Positions 13,225-28,394 of a stretch of DNA of 64,000 bases are shown here, in pieces. The stretch's first letter is position 1. Every line of letters starts with the position of its first letter. The stretch lies in the NCBI GenBank assembly GCA_964016885.1, contig OZ024741.1:163308001-163372000 (forward strand), given 5' to 3'. The stretch is from Eledone cirrhosa. Taxonomy: Eukaryota. Below the pieces are notes generated by a model. It did not search any database. It was given only the letters and a program-made list of their open reading frames with translations, and was not told where the DNA came from. Position numbers and translations under genes: made by a program.

Positions 13225-13737
13225 TAGTTATATATTGTATTTTATATATTTTTAAATATTTTAAATATACCTACCATACTTCCATATACATGTTTCAAAT
13301 ATAGAGAAAATATCCAAACTAAAAACTATTATAGACATTATTTTGAATTTTGTACATCCACTCATTGTTCGTTTTTTCTTATATGTATGTATATATATAT
13401 TTAAATGTGACACGTTGTTAGTATAACTGTTATCATTTACCTAAAGTATACTACATTAATAATACCTAATATATATCTAGTTATATATTGTATTTTATAT
13501 ATTTTTTTAATATTTTAAATATACCTACCATACTTCTATATACATGATTCAAATATATAGAAAATATCCAAACTAAAAATTATTATAGACATTATTTTGA
13601 ATTTTATACATGCACTCATTGTTCGTTTTTCTTATATTCATGTATATATATATTTAAATGTAACAGGTTATTGAGAGTATAACTGTTATCATTTACCTAA
13701 AGTATACTACATTAATAATACCTAATATATATCTATA
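13225..13737. repeat. ~255-bp direct tandem duplication in the PLE 3'UTR
   Basis: TAGTTATATATTGTATTTTAT... at 13225 and 13478. Confidence 0.85.
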
Positions 13738-14489
13738 TATATACATCCCTATATCTAATAATACGTTGATATCTTGGTTGTAGAATAATTATACATATCT
13801 ATAATTCTTATCTGTAACATATTATTTTATTTTATTCTATTTTATTTTTACCTTATACATACTGACTCATTAATATATACCTATATACATAATAGTTATT
13901 TAAATATTTATAACAATAAGTACTATAAAAGCTTTACATACCTAATATGTCGAGATATTTGTTAAAGTTTAGATTTAGGTAATTAATCAACAGTATACTA
14001 TTTCATTCTTTATGCGCCAGCTAAATCCTTTATAATGTTATTCTCACAATTCAGAAATTTAGAAATGATAACACTCTTATCGAATTTATATAAATAATAT
14101 AAATAAATAGCAAATAATCCTGAAATCTGGAGTCTTCACATTAATATTATAAATTAAATATTTCCAAATTCTAACTGTTTAACATTCGACCCCCCCCCCC
14201 CCCCCCACACCTACACTGTATCTTTCCTTCCTTATAAATCTTTTTCCAGTGGCTATCACTGGCTGTTATAAATCATGAGACGTCTCTCTAGATATAGTAT
14301 CATATAATTTAAAATTTTAGAACAATTTAAGTATGCAACGTTTTTTCTTACTCACACATTCTCTAATGAATTCATTACGTTTTCGCACTCTCACACAAAT
14401 ATTATATAAGCCACATTTTCTATCGGGTAATCACTACCTTGATTAAATCTTAACCATTTAACATCTCAGGGTATGTCATGTATCATTAT

Positions 14490-14545
14490 ATTTTGTCTGA
14501 TGAGGACGTACTGTTGTACATCCGAAATATATATAATATAATGTA
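14490..14545 (+). ncRNA. Hammerhead ribozyme in the PLE pseudo-LTR (inverted twin at 10943-10995, - strand)
   Basis: ATTTTGT-CTGATGA-GGACGTAC(TGTT)GTACATCC-GAAA-TATATATA-TA-ATAA. Confidence 0.8.
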
Positions 14546-14576
14546 ATTGATCAAAAGAACATCTATTTTATTAATA

Positions 14577-14646
<70 letters not shown>

Positions 14647-14685
14647 ATATTAATAAATGGAATCTATATTTATAAAACCATATTT

Positions 14686-14749
14686 ATTTTATTATACATA
14701 TTTCAAGGGCAACCAAGGCATATTATGGTGCGATTTCATCAGATAAAAT
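14686..14749 (-). ncRNA. Hammerhead ribozyme in a PLE stub (same family as 56981-57260)
   Basis: ATTTTAT-CTGATGA-..GCACCA..TGGTTGC..-GAAA-TATGTA-TA-ATAAAAT. Confidence 0.7.
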
Positions 14750-14905
14750 ACAGATTTGTTTTATAAATAAATATTGAGATACCCGGAAAAAAGACAACCT
14801 TAACAGTTGGAGCTTCCTGGATAGTTATATGTCCCAAGGCCCTGATACCATCAACACCATAAGCACAGAGCTGGCAAATCTAAGAACTGACTAACTGCCT
14901 GACTA

Positions 14906-15093
14906 ACTGCTATATATATTTCGATGATACCCATTCAATGGGTATCATCGAAATATATATAGCAGTAAATAAAGGATTATGAGTTCATGCAATTGACTTA
15001 TGTTTCGTCACTATTATAACTCCGGAACTTATATCTTTGTTGAGTGCTCTCTATCCGCATACTGAAGTACTGGATTTTACCAACACTTTCTTG

Positions 15094-15097
<4 letters not shown>
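14906..15097 (+). mobile_element. Fold-back PLE stub: 61-bp palindrome plus tail
   Basis: ACTGCTATATATATTTCGATGATACCCATT-C-AATGGGTATCATCGAAATATATATAGCAGT; carries the GAAA-TATATA-TA half-HHR. Confidence 0.6.
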
Positions 15098-15142
<45 letters not shown>

Positions 15143-15159
15143 GTATATATATATATATG

Positions 15160-15208
<49 letters not shown>

Positions 15209-15255
15209 GAATATATATATATGAATATATATATATATATGTATATATATATATT

Positions 15256-15287
<32 letters not shown>

Positions 15288-15301
15288 TATATATATATAT
15301 G

Positions 15302-15346
<45 letters not shown>

Positions 15347-15433
15347 ATACGTTTGTGTATGTTTGTATATGTTTGTATATGTGTATATTTATATGTGTTT
15401 ATTTATATGTGTTTGTGTGTATGTAAATGTGTC

Positions 15434-15849
15434 TGTAGACACCTGAAATATAGCTTAGAGAAACATGACAATAAGGACAGGCACCCAATATTTGAACTGG
15501 TTTATAGAATTCTCTCTGCCTTTGTCATTCTATGTAGAGCTTTAAAGAATTAGCTTTTAAAGAATTTCCATTTTCTTTAAACCCATCAACAATGACTGAC
15601 CCCAACCATCTTATAGACACCTGAAATATAGGCATTGTTGGCTTAAGAGAAACTTAAAAATAAGGAGTGGCACCCCAATTTGAACTTGTTTATAGAATTC
15701 TTTCTCCCTTTGTCACTCTAAATATAAATTATAGCTTTAAAGAATTAGCTTTTAATGAATTCCCTTTCTATCAACCAATGACCTCCACCCATCCCACTCC
15801 CCACCCTCTCCTACCACCAGAAAATATATAAATACCACCACATTTATTT
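15434..15849 (+). repeat. Two diverged ~180-bp direct repeats; 15720-15849 is the inverted copy of 10583-10712
   Basis: TAGACACCTGAAATATAG at 15436 and 15614; reverse-complement match to the HHR-bearing stub at 10.5-10.7 kb. Confidence 0.75.
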
Positions 15850-15883
15850 ATATATATATAGACATATATATATATATATATAT

Positions 15884-16054
15884 AACGAAGGAAATGCGGT
15901 AAGGAACCAGGTGGACTATAACGCACCAAAGTACTCAATACTTGGGGTAGTAGAGTGGGTAATAGGAACCAGTAAGACCCCGACGGCTGAGCTCAAGCCG
16001 TTTCGAATTAGCCGTCGAAACGGCTTGAGCTCAGCCGTCGGGGTCTTACTGGTT

Positions 16055-16057
<3 letters not shown>
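15884..16057 (-). mobile_element. Fold-back PLE stub, family S
   Basis: AACGAAGG...TAGGAACCAGTAAGACCCCGACGGCTGAGCTCAAGCCGTTTCGA followed by its inverted copy; between TA runs; related to the pLTR at 62740-62838. Confidence 0.8.
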
Positions 16058-16108
<51 letters not shown>

Positions 16109-16116
16109 TACATATA

Positions 16117-17436
16117 TGATGGCTGCAAACTCTGCCAAGAGTATTGCAATCGCTTGTCAGATTCAAATGTTGCCGACACGGTATCTATCTCAGATATCGC
16201 ACTTCCAGCAAACTGTTTAACCTTAGGCGTCTCACTGCCAACACTAAGTTACTGAGTACCTTGATCAGAGAATTTTTATATGCAGATGATCGTGATCTCT
16301 TTGCACACTCCCAGAGTGACATGCAACACCTTATGGATTCATTTTTCAATGCGTGCAGTGCTTTGGGACTGACAATCAGTCTGAAGAAGACTGTCGTCAT
16401 GTACCAACCTGCTCCGGATAAAGTTTTCAATGAACCTCCATATACGTATACGGTCAAAAGCTGAAGGTTGCTAACACATTTGTGTATTTGGGGAGTACTG
16501 TGAGTGTGGCCAGCTCTCTGAATGCAGAAGTTGGTCTACGTGTTAGAAAGGCAAGTGAGTCATTTGGAAGGCTCAGCGACCGTCTTTGGTGCAGGCGAGG
16601 AATCACAATGAGGACCAAGGTGAGAGTGTATGCTGCATGTGTACTGTCAGCTTTTCTGTATGCATGTGAGACATGGGTTGTCTACAAACGGCATATCCAC
16701 AGACTGGAACGGTTTCACCAGCAGTGTCTCAGAAAGATGCTCGGTATCAAGTGGCAGATGCATGTGAGTGATGTTGAGGTCCTTGAGAGAAGTGAGTGTC
16801 GGAGCATTGAGAGTATCATCCACCAACTGCGTTTGCGATGGACCGAACACCTCTGCAGAATGGAGAATGATCGAATCACAAAACAACTCTTGTATGGCGA
16901 GCTTTGTGAGGGTAAAAGACCACCTCACAAACCAAAGCTCCGATTCAAGGATTGTGTAAAGGACTGATTGTAAAAAACTGGTTTGATGATGGCTGACTGG
17001 GAGATAGAAGCTCTTGAAAGAGAAACTTGGCATGGAATGGTGAATGATGGGGTCCATAATTTTGAGGACAGACGCATAGAGCACGAGAAGATCAAACGGG
17101 ATTTGCGTAAGCAATGCACTGGTGTATCTCTCGAAACGATCGGTGTCCCCATTGAATTGAAGTGCCTTGAGTGTGGAAAAATTTGCTTGAGCAAATCTGG
17201 TCTCAGGAACCACAGTCGCAGCCATGTTCAAAGAGAACCAGTGAACTATGATCTCCACGGTGTTGTGAGGGTTCACGGGAAAGCTGGTGCAGGACCTCAA
17301 GCCAGGGAGGTCCATAGTTGTCGTCAGTGTGTGAAGGAGTGCAAGTCTCTAGCAGGCTTGGAAAGCCATATCCGAGCGTCCCACATTTGAATCTGACAAG
17401 CGATTGCAATACTCTTGGCAGAGTTTGCAGCCATCA
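16117..17436 (+). mobile_element. RTE-clade LINE 3' fragment (RT C-terminal half + two C2H2 fingers) with an inverted copy of its own 3' end at the 5' side
   Basis: LYADD, YLGS, LYACETW, LYGEL; CLECGK..HSRSH and CRQC..HIRASH; 16117-16170 is the reverse complement of 17384-17436. Confidence 0.9.
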
Positions 17437-17442
17437 TATATG

Positions 17443-19464
<2,022 letters not shown>

Positions 19465-19473
19465 ATACATATA

Positions 19474-19715
19474 TGATGGCTGCAAACTCTGCCAAGAGTA
19501 TTGCAATCGCTTGTCAGATTCAAATGTTGCCAACGCGGTATCTATCTCAGATATCGCACTTCCAGCAAACTGTTTAACCTTAGGCGTCTCACTGCCAACA
19601 CTAAGGTACTGAGTACCTTGATCAGAGGATTTTTATATGCAGATGATTGTGATCTCTTTGCACACTCCCAGAGTGACATGCAACACCTTATGGATTCATT
19701 TTTCAATGTGTGCAT
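19474..19715 (+). repeat. Duplicate of 16117-16355 (inverted RTE 3' end + RT core)
   Basis: Same junction ATTCAAATG|TTGCC; near-identical ORF start [10 protein letters not shown]. Confidence 0.85.
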
Positions 19716-19719
19716 TGAA

Positions 19720-22545
19720 ACAGGTTGGTACATGACGACAGTCTTCTTCAGATTGATTGTCAGTCCCAAAGCACTGCACGCATTGAAAAATGAATCCATA
19801 AGGTGTTGCATGTCACTCTGGGAGTGTGCAAAGAGATCACAATCATCTGCATATAAAAATCCTCTGATCAAGGTACTCAGTAACTTAGTGTTGGCATTGA
19901 GACGCCTAAGGTTAAACAGTTTGCTGGAAGTGCGATATCTGAGATAGATACCGTGTTGGCAATCCTTGAAGGCCATGAAGAATACCATTGCGAAATGCAA
20001 GGCAAACAAAGTTGGTGCAGGTATATCACCCTGCTTGACACCATTTTCAACCGAGATTGGCTCAGACAGTTTACCTCCAACATACACCCATGCCTGTATG
20101 TCATCGTGTAAGAGTTTCAGAATGTTCACACACTTTTCAGGACAGCCCAATCTCTCTAAAATAACCCACAAAGCCTTCCTATTAACGGTGTCAAATGCCT
20201 TGGTCAGATCGACAAAAACTTGGTATAAGTCCATGCGCTGCTCAATGCATTTCTCTTGAAGTTCTTTGACCGAGAATATCATGTCAACAGTGCCTCTGTC
20301 AGTCCTAAGCCACATTGGGACTCAGAAAGTACTCAATCTGTCCAACAATATCCTGCACAAGATCTTCCTAGTCACAGATATCAGTGAAATACCTCTGTAG
20401 TTGCCACAATCATCTTTGGCTCTCTTTCCTTTGTAAAGTACCACCATCAATGCATCTTTCCAATCCTGTGGCACATCTTCTTCATTCAAAACATTCACAA
20501 AGAGATCAGTGAGGCGGTTTAAGAAGTTATCACCAGCACACTTGAAAATCTCGGCACTCGGTCCATTCATTCCAGGTGACTTGCCGCTGTTTAATTTGGC
20601 AATGGCCTTCGCCACCTCTTCAAATGAAGGAGGATCAGCCATTGCCAGCTTTGTAGGTCTGGATGGAATCGACCGAATGAATTCATCATCAATTTCTGAT
20701 GATCTGTTGAGAAGCTCATCAAAGTGGGCATGCGACCTGATCAGGATTTGCTTCGGATCTCTGAGCAATTCCTTGCCGTCCCCGCAGCGAAGTGGTGATA
20801 TTTGTGAACCGGTCGGACCATACACCTCCCTGAGCAGACTGTATCATGTCTATCTGAGGCCTTCTGGATTTCATCAGCCTTTTGGCTCCACCAAGTATCC
20901 TGCATGGCTCTCAATCTATGTTGGACACGTGTCTTGATCTGCCTGAAGGTCCGGTCACTCCTGTCAGAGCGTGTCTCACACAACAATGATGTCAGAACTT
21001 TTTGTTTCTCTTCAAGCAGGGTCTGGATCACTGCATCATTTTCATTGAACCAGTATTTATGCTTTCTATTGGTATGACCCAAAACTTCAGCACTAACATC
21101 ATAGACGGTTTTCTTCAATGATTCCCACGTATTTTCACATTCCATGAACTCAAGGGACCTCGACAGCTCAGCTCTGACATTCTCTGTTTTCAGACGAGCC
21201 ACGTTTAGTTGTTTTGGAAGTAAAACCTTCTTCCCCCTTACTTTGGGCTTCACAACAAATTGAAATTCGGCGCGCACCAGACGATGATCAGTCCAACATT
21301 CCGCGCCTCGCAATACACGAACCAATGTGATATCCCTGATATCACGTTTTCTCGTGAAAACAAAGTCAATAAGGTGCCACTTCTTGGAAACTGGATGTAT
21401 CCAAGTTGTCTTATATTTGTATTTCTGCTGAAAGAACCGTCTGAGTGCACATCTGCAACAGAAGTAGGCCATTGTTATTGCATTTACCTACTCCATGCTT
21501 GCCCATCACACTCCAAGCTACCCTGTCATTACCAGCACGTACATTAAAATCACCAAGGATGACAATCTTGCTTGCATAAGGTATACCATGGATGACCTCT
21601 CTCAAAGACATGTAGAAACTTAGTTTTTCACCATCACTGGCACAAATATTAGGAGCGTACACACTGACCAGAATCACAAAGCGGTTTTGAATCAGAGGGA
21701 CTCTCATGGACATTATCCGATCATTGAATCCACAAGGAAAAATGTCCAGCTTTGAGACGATTCCATTCCTCACAGCAAATCTTCTACAACCCTCTGCTCC
21801 ACCACTCCAATAGAAGGTATATCCTCCCTTCTGTTCTGTGAATTGACCCTCAACTGCCAATCTCGTTTCTGAAAGAGCAACGATGTCCATGCTATAGCGA
21901 TTGAGTTCCCTCGACACCAAAGCAGATCTTCTTTCAGGGCGAGTTCTACTGGACTGGGAATCCAGTAAAATTCTTACATTCCAGCATCCAATAATCAGAG
22001 GTTTAAACCTTCTTGCAGTTGTAGGATGACGACCGGCCCACGCTGCAGTGCCATGGGACACCTGCCGGGCCAGACCCCTTCACAATAAGTTCCAGACCCC
22101 TTACTGCCATTGGCTTCAAGGTTATCATCTGTCATCATAGAGTTTGGTGCACTTTTAGGCTACGGCCAGCCACACGAACCTGTAACAGGTCCTGGACAAG
22201 CGATGCCTGTTCTTTGAAGGTCTTTTAAGTGGGGAAAGGTCTTGCACACGACCAATCCCACTCTCTGAGCATCGAAAACCCTACCCGAAAAGGAGAACTG
22301 GTCAACATCATCGGATGCTTCCGAAGCCACAGGTTTTTATTTCAGAGTTTCCCTCTCCTCGAAAGGTGTTGTGACAATAACTGGCGGCCCTTCACTCCCA
22401 GGTAAAAAAAAAAAATAATAATAATAAAATAATAAAAAAAGTACTATTTGGATGGCCGTTGTCTCTGCTGAGTTCCTCCGCCCTTTTCCGCGTCTTCTAT
22501 TTCATCCCGAAGGGTATCCAAATATCACCCTCCTTACCAAGCAAG
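19720..22545 (-). mobile_element. RTE-clade LINE 5' two-thirds (5'UTR, APE endonuclease, RT), frameshifted
   Basis: IGCWNVR, DIVALSETRL, SVYAP, ILGDFN, IDFV, TDHRLV, NYRGISL, FVDLTKAFDTV, GVKQG, LYADD. Confidence 0.93.
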
Positions 22546-22659
22546 CTATATAAATGTATATGTATATGTATGTGTATATACATATATATATATGTATATA
22601 TTATACATATATCTTTGTGTGCCTGACGTGCTATGAATTACAGGTTACAATATATAATA

Positions 22660-23193
22660 CAGAGGTTCTCAAAGTGGGAGCTACTCCCCCAACTCCGCCC
22701 TCCGCGGGTGAGGTTTCAAAAGACCACGGGGGTGCTGGGGCCTAAGGTGGTGATAGAGATGATATAATGGTATATTAAATATCAAATGACACATTTAAAT
22801 ATAGTAAAATAAAAATATATAATCATTTATACATAGCATATATTATATTATAAATAAGGGCGGTGGATTGGCAGTATCGGTAGAGGGTCGGACGCCATGC
22901 TTTCCAGCATAGTTACGTCCCTTTAAGATCTGAGTTCAAATCCCTCCGAGGTTGACTTTGCCTTTCATCCTTACGGGGTCGATAAAATAAAGTACCAGTA
23001 ATGCACTGAGTAATTGCTGGCCTTGTGCCTAAAGTAGAGACAATTATATTATATATAAATTAACGATTTTATCTATTATATATTATTTACAATTTGCATG
23101 TAGGTATGTCTCTTTGGAAAAAGGGGCTGTGGGTGCTGAGGGTATTACGTGGCCATGAGGGGTGCGTTGGTCCAAAAGGTTTGTGAACCCCTG
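22660..23193. mobile_element. hAT-type MITE interrupted by a SINE
   Basis: TIRs CAGAGGTTCTCAAA / TTTGTGAACCCCTG; TSD ATATAATA / ATATATTA. Confidence 0.75.
22858..23047 (+). mobile_element. SINE family A, full length
   Basis: A box TGGCAGTATCGG, B box GTTCAAATCC, core TTGCCTTTCATCCTTACGGGGTCGATAAAATAAAGTACCAG. Confidence 0.92.
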
Positions 23194-26100
23194 ATATATT
23201 AGTATAATGGTAATGTACATACAATACGACAATGCACAAGGCTTAATATTACTTGCATTACACAAATGTGTATTTAAGAGATCACAGGATTATTATAACC
23301 GCGGATATTCTAGAACAATCATGTGTCGCTCTGTGAAACATAGTCATAATTCCAAGAGGTGAATGTCTGGAAGGCTGATATCTCACAAAACACACAAAAA
23401 AGAAAAACTATTATGGTGAAACGAACAAAGCAACTTCTCAAGCTATAGTCCTACAGCAAACCAACTATATTAGCAAACACAACAGCTACTGCGAGATGGA
23501 CAAGGACATGATCTACAACAGCAGCAAGGAAAACAGAAAGGAAATACAACAATAGAAGATACAAAAGCAAATACATAACTATAAAAAACAGTAGCAATAA
23601 CATCAGCAACAACAACAGCAACATCCACAAATAACTGCAATTACACTGTTTTTCAGAAGGACATCGTTGTGTTAATATGGTTCGTACTCAAACACATTGC
23701 TATAACAAAAAAATACGACTAAAATACAGTCCTTCTGAAAACAAACACAAAGAGACGGCTGATAAAAAAGGACACATGAGTTTACACAAAATTAGTGAGC
23801 CCTTTACAAGACGACGTGGGAAATTTTAGAAAGTCTAAAATCAATGATATTTCTAGGACACAATCTACACTTATAAACACTTATAAATTCGCAGACAGAT
23901 TAACTCTGGGAAACGGCGAGTATTAACAGATTGATATGTTTCAGAGTATTTTGGGATCGAGAAATATAGATAACGTCTAGAAATTTCAGCGTTGCTAATG
24001 TCTCCGGCGAGCGCGCATTGCCGGTTCGAAATAAATTCTATAGAGCAAGTCTGAGACATCTGCAGGATGACGAAACAATTTTGCAAGCATTGGTACCCAG
24101 CGAAGTTTTGTCGAACATCTGCGTTTCGAACGAGTTCGATGATCAACCATGTAAATTTTATGGTTGCCCTACTTTAGGCATATAGGGCAGGCGAAGTTTT
24201 ACCGTCTGGTGGCTATAGTGAAATATTTTGTGTAGTGCGCGCGACTGAAAAATCTGAGAAGACACTTTCCTGTTCGGTTAAGACACCGTCGATATTTCTA
24301 GTTCAAGTTCGGGAAGCACGGGGTGTGAGGATTGGTCAATGCTTCACTCACGTAAATTTATGAGTTTGACGATCCTGAGTTGAGTAAATCTGACAATTCT
24401 TACCATATGCCTGCAACTTGGTAAGTAATCATATATTTGTAATAATCTGGAATTTGTGTGATAGTGAGCTTTCAATCTATTCTATGCGATGTCGGGCAAG
24501 GCGTGGGTTCTTCTGTTCATTTTTGTTTTCATTATATTTTAGAATTATATTTTAATCTCCATTTTTTCAACGTTTTCTGTTGTTTTCCTTACTCTTCAGT
24601 ATAAGTTTCACTCAATACCTTATTGTTTCCTTATTTAGAGAAAATGTTTCACCTCTTTTGCATGTATGTATATTTATAATTCCTTGAGTGGTAGTAATCT
24701 TTGCTAGGCACCTTATGAACCAAGTAAGTGCATTATATATATATCACACCTTTGCAGTATTATTCTCTTCTGTGTAAGCTCTTCAATTCACTTAACCTTC
24801 AGATAATTATGAAGCTGTAGTTCATAAGGGATATTGCTAACGCATCTATATTTATTTTCTTAATTCTAGAATTTTATTCAATGTTTAATGTTAGCTAACA
24901 CGTCTGTAGTTCACAGTTCGTTTTTTTTTTGTTTTTATTTTCTTCAGTTTTGATCAATCTCTTCGTCAAATTTAAAAGCGACTTCCCTAAAAACATTAAA
25001 CTAAGCGTAAATAAAAATATGATATATGAATTTTCAGAGTCACTACGTCTAATGGATAGTCATATATACTAACATATGAAATTTATAGGGGAGTTTCTTT
25101 CTTACCGAGGCTAATGGAAAATCGGTAAAATGATGCTTATCACAATTATTCTCATCATTGTCATCATCATCACTACTATCCTCCTCCTCATTATCATCAT
25201 GACTTTTATCATCTTCGTCATCATATTTATTCCCAAATAAATATTCATATTGATATTTACAGACATATTCACCATACTTTCTTGTGAAGTATTCAGTCAC
25301 AACAATGTGATTTTCCAATAAATCTATCCCTCCATTACAAATATGTTTTACTTATTTTCGTTTTATTAAGACGTTTCGTTCTTATGTAGTGATGGAAAAA
25401 TTAATTCCCCTAAGCATAAGCTATTGAAAAGAAACGCACTTACGTAATTTTAGTGTTAAAGAACATATGATATTCACTTGACAATGGCGATCAGTACTCT
25501 CTTCTCCCTCAAAAAGTGCTGTGTCTAAAACACTGTTTTACAATTCATGTGAAGCCTATCTCAGGGACTCGCATTGTTTATATTATTAGAAATAAGTATC
25601 TTATTTCCTACTATTCCAAATGAACGATACACCTTAGATTGGGTTCATTTTATTAAAGAACTTAGAAACTAAATAACAACATAATGAAACAGATCCATGT
25701 TACTAGAATACAGTTCCATTAGAATTTTTTTTTTTTTTATTTAGATGATGTATTCAACTTAGCTCCACCCCTTCGATATATCCTGCTGTAATTGTGTTAG
25801 TATAATATATTTACTAAATATTAAATGATCCTCAAACACCATTGGTGTGACATAGAAGTACTTGAAATGTTATTAAATGGACCGTTGAAGTTGAAATAAA
25901 TATTGATTGGTAAATTATGAACATAGAGAAAAGGTACTTTCTCAGTCATTGTTAAATGTAATTGTCCATATGTGACAATACACTACAAACACCGCCACTA
26001 ATCTCTGCCTCCAATGACCTCCGTCAATGTCACCGCCATATAAGATGCAGTTCTAACACATTTATTTGCATTATAATTTTTGTAGGTGTCCCTTGAAAAT

Positions 26101-26862
26101 ATTACATTGAAAAGCTTCTATAAATCTTTAGAATGCGGGACTGAATCAAACTAATCTTTTAACAATTGCTACATTTATATTTCTACTTGCTATGCAAGAA
26201 AGATTTCGATCTTCCGATTACAATATGTGACGTCCATGATAATGAATATAATGAATATCATTGGTATATTTTTGTCTCTGGCTAGTAAATTGATACTATT
26301 TGTTGTCTCTAGTTATTAAATTTGATACTATCACGAAGTATATTTTAGTATATTTTAGGTGTATAGGAAAGCTTATTCAATGTTTATATATAATAAACAT
26401 ACGAGAACCTCACTATGAATTTTCAATTTTTCTAAATTATTTTTTTAATCTGTAACAATGTCATAATTATCACAGTAGTGGTCAAAATGGCACACAGCTG
26501 TTTCTGGATTTTATCCGTCAATGGTGACAATTACTCGGCAGTGAGACAAAATTAGGCTAAAGCCTGTACGTATTTTTGCGAATGAAACATCGGCTGGAGT
26601 TGCTTATTTGTATATAGTGAGACCTTGGTTGATTAGGGTTAATTAGAAATGGTAATAAAATAGCGTGGTTCATAATAGGGTGTATTTGAAAGCATATACG
26701 ATCTGTTTATGCATGATAGACATAAGAGAGTTTCACTATGAACTCTTTAAAGAACATTATGTACTGTCAAATATTCAAGTGTACTTGATTTTGTATTATT
26801 AATCCATTCATATATATAATGCTATATAGGAATATTAAATCGTCCTTCGTATATGACTTTAC

Positions 26863-27162
26863 GTTATGAAAGGCAAAGTTACCTAGCCGTGATTTGAATT
26901 CAGAACGCAAAAAGCAATAAATAAATAGCGTAGTCATTTTGTTTGATGTAATGAGACTGCCAATCGACGGCATACATAGATAATTGTTTCTATTTTGGGT
27001 ACAAGGCCAGCAATTACCTAGTACATTACTGGTACTTTATTTTATCGATCCCGTAAGGATGAAAGGAAAAGTTAACCTCGGCGAGATTTGAACTCAGACC
27101 GTAAACGGACGTAACTATGGTGGAAAAAATGGCGTCCCACCGTCTACCGATACTGCCAATTC
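26863..27162 (-). mobile_element. Two SINE family A copies (old partial 26863-26970; younger 26980-27162)
   Basis: Family motifs in reverse complement. Confidence 0.8.
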
Positions 27163-27345
27163 AAGCATACATAGATAATGAAACACCATCTTTGAGGATG
27201 TTTTCGATGCACGTCGTATTTTAAAATTTAAGGATCATTTAATGAAATTCGTCCAAATGTTACTTATCTGAAACAAATTTTTTTACATTTATTTCAACAT
27301 CCTCCCTTCCATGTGCAAGAGGAATTGTTGTTTATGGTTTATTAT

Positions 27346-27446
27346 TGAGGTTAACTTTGCCTTTCATCCTTAGAGGGTCGATAAAATAAAGTATCAGTAA
27401 TGTACTGGGTAATTTCTGGCCTTGTGCCGAAAGTAGAAACAATTAT
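27346..27446 (+). mobile_element. 5'-truncated SINE family A
   Basis: GAGGTTAACTTTGCCTTTCATCC...GTAGAAACAATTATT. Confidence 0.85.
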
Positions 27447-27507
27447 TTTCTTTCTATATAATCAACAACGAAATATAACAATATAACATTACATCCTATC
27501 CATACCA

Positions 27508-27544
<37 letters not shown>

Positions 27545-28325
27545 CACAAGCACACACACAGACAGACACACACACACACACACATACACATACATACAGA
27601 TATATATATATATATATATATATATAAGTATTCAAGTTTCCGTTGAAAATTGAAAAAGTCGTAGGAGTGAAGAGTGCTCTATGTAAGTATCAGAGCAAAG
27701 TATAATGTATAATAAACAATACAATATAATTACCTCATTACCAGAGGTTTCCCGAATAAGACGAATACTAAAAACGTCCTCATTCGTTCGTCGGACAAGG
27801 CAATTTAAAACATAGTGAAATATTTGAAATGTCTCCTCAAGAAATGCAAGAGTTTAACGGGCAAAAAATATATAAATAAAAGTAATGCAAGAGATATATA
27901 AAAAATAAGTAAATATAGTTAGGGTATGTGTATATGTATATACACTCACAAATGTAGATATGTGTGTATGTACAAATGCATGTGCATGGTTAAAATGTGT
28001 GCGTAAGTACATATATGAGGGCAAGTATATTTGTGTATATGTGACCACAAATACGTATATAATATGAGTTGAAAAAGAAATTGTAAGATAATATAGTTAA
28101 CACGCATCCAGATACAGGTATTAAATACACATACGAGTATGAATGCACGCGTATAAACACACACACACGCGGTCACATATATGCGGAAGATAAAGAGGGA
28201 AGGTAGTGTAATAGTAAAAAGAAGTGTCATTCTCGATATATGTATAAAAATATATTAGTATTAGCAATTGGAAAGGCCAATGGAAACATTGTTTCCTCGG
28301 TCTGATTTGACGAAAGTAGATCTAC

Positions 28326-28387
<62 letters not shown>

Positions 28388-28394
28388 CAGTAGA

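Larger units (their letters stand above)
10903..14582 (+). mobile_element. Penelope-like element (Neptune-like), 5'-truncated, with inverted pseudo-LTR
   Basis: 10903-11069 is the reverse complement of 14416-14582; RT and GIY-YIG remnants inside; ends in (TA)n. Confidence 0.9.

Noticed and set aside
19542-20315. Novel 257-aa protein with an unusual C-terminus
   Set aside because: It is RTE RT reading into its own inverted duplicate
22858-22945. tRNA genes
   Set aside because: A and B boxes belong to SINE heads; there is no cloverleaf
25049-25318. Acidic 89-aa ORF
   Set aside because: Decayed (ATC/GAT)n trinucleotide repeat
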